Below are positions 61,922-64,000 of a DNA stretch of 64,000 nt, piece after piece. Every line of letters begins with the position of its first letter. Positions within the stretch are counted from its first letter, which is position 1. The DNA lies in NCBI RefSeq assembly GCF_037042905.1, contig NC_087251.1, positions 8,434,001 through 8,498,000 on the forward strand, written 5' to 3'. Source of the stretch: Lytechinus pictus. Lineage: Eukaryota. The notes below the pieces were generated by a model, which did not search any database, was not told the DNA's origin, and saw only the letters and a program-made list of their open reading frames with translations. Made by a program: the position numbers and the translations under genes.

Positions 61922-63369
61922 TAAGTTCCCTTACATTAGTTACCATGTATTTAATTCCTTGATCATGGTATTGGTCATATGATAAAACTCAAGGATCGCT
62001 TCATCTTCAAGGCTTATGACAAAAAAAAATACTTGACAAATCAATGAAAATTATTAAAGTGTGTGTGTTTTACTTTTTACAAACATGCATCAATCTTGCA
62101 TCTTATTGGCTGCATGAAGAGTGCCGATGTAGCTGATGTGATATTTATTGATATTTATTGATAAATAGATTATCTAACAAAAATATCATTACAGCATCTA
62201 AGTTTTCAAATGTTATGAAATGCTACGGGTGTCTTCTCGTTTACATCAAATGTCAACATAAAAAAGTCTTAATTTTTGCTCGCTTACAACTTTTTTTCAA
62301 TTTTGCCCGATATGCCATATCTAGTCCCTTCAAAATCTTTGGCTCATTACACCACTGATATGTTTCATCACACTTCTATGCAAATGCTAATATACTAAAC
62401 GTTGTGAGCGAGGAAGCATTAAAAAAATTTCAATGTTTTCATTTTAAAAAGATCAAATTTTGTATAGTAGATTTTGACATAAAAGTATTTGGAAAACGAT
62501 ATCATATTTCACCTTTCTCTTCTTTTCTTTCCTTTTTTAGTCGTCATTTTTAGGGGGAAGCCCCCCAAGCCCACCCCCCCCCCCCCCATATGTGCACTTC
62601 TACCAATAGCCTATTAATATTATGTTGTTATTATTTGATGAATAATTTTCATAGAAACAACTGGCTCAGAAAACTATTAAACACAGCCTTTCGTGAAAAG
62701 CTCCCCCGGTTGTCCCGAAAAGGTGCGTTTATTTGACTCCCCTCCCTCAACCCACCCTTTCCAGAAAAGCTATCCTGGTTTTCTCGAAAGGGTGCAGCCA
62801 TCCCTGCTCCACGAACGCAAACGATCGTAACAAGCCCAAGAAGATAAAGAAAATAATACAGTACAGTATATTGCATACATTTAGCACTTTGCAACATCTT
62901 TCCAAAAGAAAAAGATGATGAAAAAAAAATCATATTTATGAAGTATCGATTTTCTAAAAATAACAAAATATGGTGAAAATTAGTTAATCATAGATTTTTG
63001 TTAATATACCAAACACATGTTTGGTATACAAACCACAAGTGAAAATCATTTCACATGCGAAGAGGGGCGCAATCGGAAGCTGATAAGTTTTTTTTTTTTA
63101 GATATAGGCCGATTGATTTCAGCCATTTATAAATCTTCAAATTTTGTAGGTATTTGTGATTACTTTATGGTGGAAGTTTGATGAATTGAAAGAAAAGGTT
63201 TGATATGATTGAAAAATATGAAGATCGTTTGGTATTATATATCCACTACCATACATTACGGCAGTATCAATGTTATTCCAAGTTGTCACAATTGTACACT
63301 CACCCGCTTGTGTGGTACAACATTATTTGCTGATTTGTACTTGTTTAGTCCTATTTATTATTACTTTTG

Positions 63370-63750
63370 TGCCTTTCGCCATTTATTAGCAGTTTTGAAG
63401 GCTTTTTCCCGAGGGAGGTATCACCCTTATATTAGCCATTTTGAAACCGTTTCCGCAAGGGAGATATTCTCCCTTTAGCCATTTTGTAGCCGTTTTCCAC
63501 AAGGAAGGTATTCGCCATTTATTAGCCGTTTTGTAGCCTTTTTCCACGAGGGAGGTATTCGCCCTTTATTAGCCATTTTCCCCAAGGGAGGTATTCGCCA
63601 TTTAATTCTGATAAAAATCATTGTTGCATGGAGTTAGCTTTCAATAGTCGGTACACTTTTTTTGTCACAGTTTTTTAGCCATTTTCTCGCTTTTTTCTAG
63701 CCGTTTCCTGTGGGGAAAAAGGGAGAAAAAAGAGAAAAAACGGCGAATCA
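63370..63750 (+). repeat. ~46-bp degenerate tandem repeat, related in reverse to the 56945-57450 array
   Basis: Repeated ggaggtattcgccatttattagccgttttg words. Confidence 0.75.
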
Positions 63751-64000
63751 CCCAAACCAGCCTGGCTCACTGTGTAGGGTGTCTGGGTAAAAAATTATTT
63801 TTCTTATTTCAAGAAAATATCATATTTTCTTTGTGAATTTGAAGAGAAATGACCTTCAGACTGACAGAAATGTAACATTTTTGAAAAAATCCAATTATTG
63901 GCTGCAAAAAAGAAGAATGAAATTAGGTCAATTTTCTCATTTCTCTGCCATACCGTCCATATATATAGACTGTGTAGTTAAGAAATGGACACACACAATT

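Overview
AT-rich animal genomic DNA, inferred to be echinoderm/sea-urchin-like from its repeat families (not proven), with no prokaryotic features. Host genes: the 5' part of a PP2A B56 regulatory-subunit gene (PPP2R5/widerborst-like, minus strand; promoter about 19.2 kb, first coding exon 18119-18263, with 1-18118 apparently intron), a complete two-coding-exon FBXO48 (minus, 24912-27057), and a possible unidentified first coding exon at 44856-44913 (+). The rest is mostly transposable elements. There is an 11.9-kb CMC/EnSpm-like DNA element (31515-43377; 25-bp TIRs, TA flanks) with no visible transposase but a 7-exon in-frame SAMD3-like accessory gene. There is an intact single-ORF CR1-type LINE (50625-53783) whose APE-RT polyprotein is preceded by a signal-peptide-like leader and a 2A-like GDIQSNPGP motif. 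Also present are pearl/HINE-type elements with 157-bp internal repeats, three LINE remnants, three tRNA-derived SINEs, a tiny Penelope-like insertion with a degenerate hammerhead core, and about 20 MITEs, including CAG/TAG-ended ones with 5-, 6-, 7- and 8-bp TSDs. Paralogue comparison inside the window suggests the very frequent TACATGTA words are Tc1/mariner excision footprints. All coordinates were read by eye and family names come from recalled motifs, not database searches.
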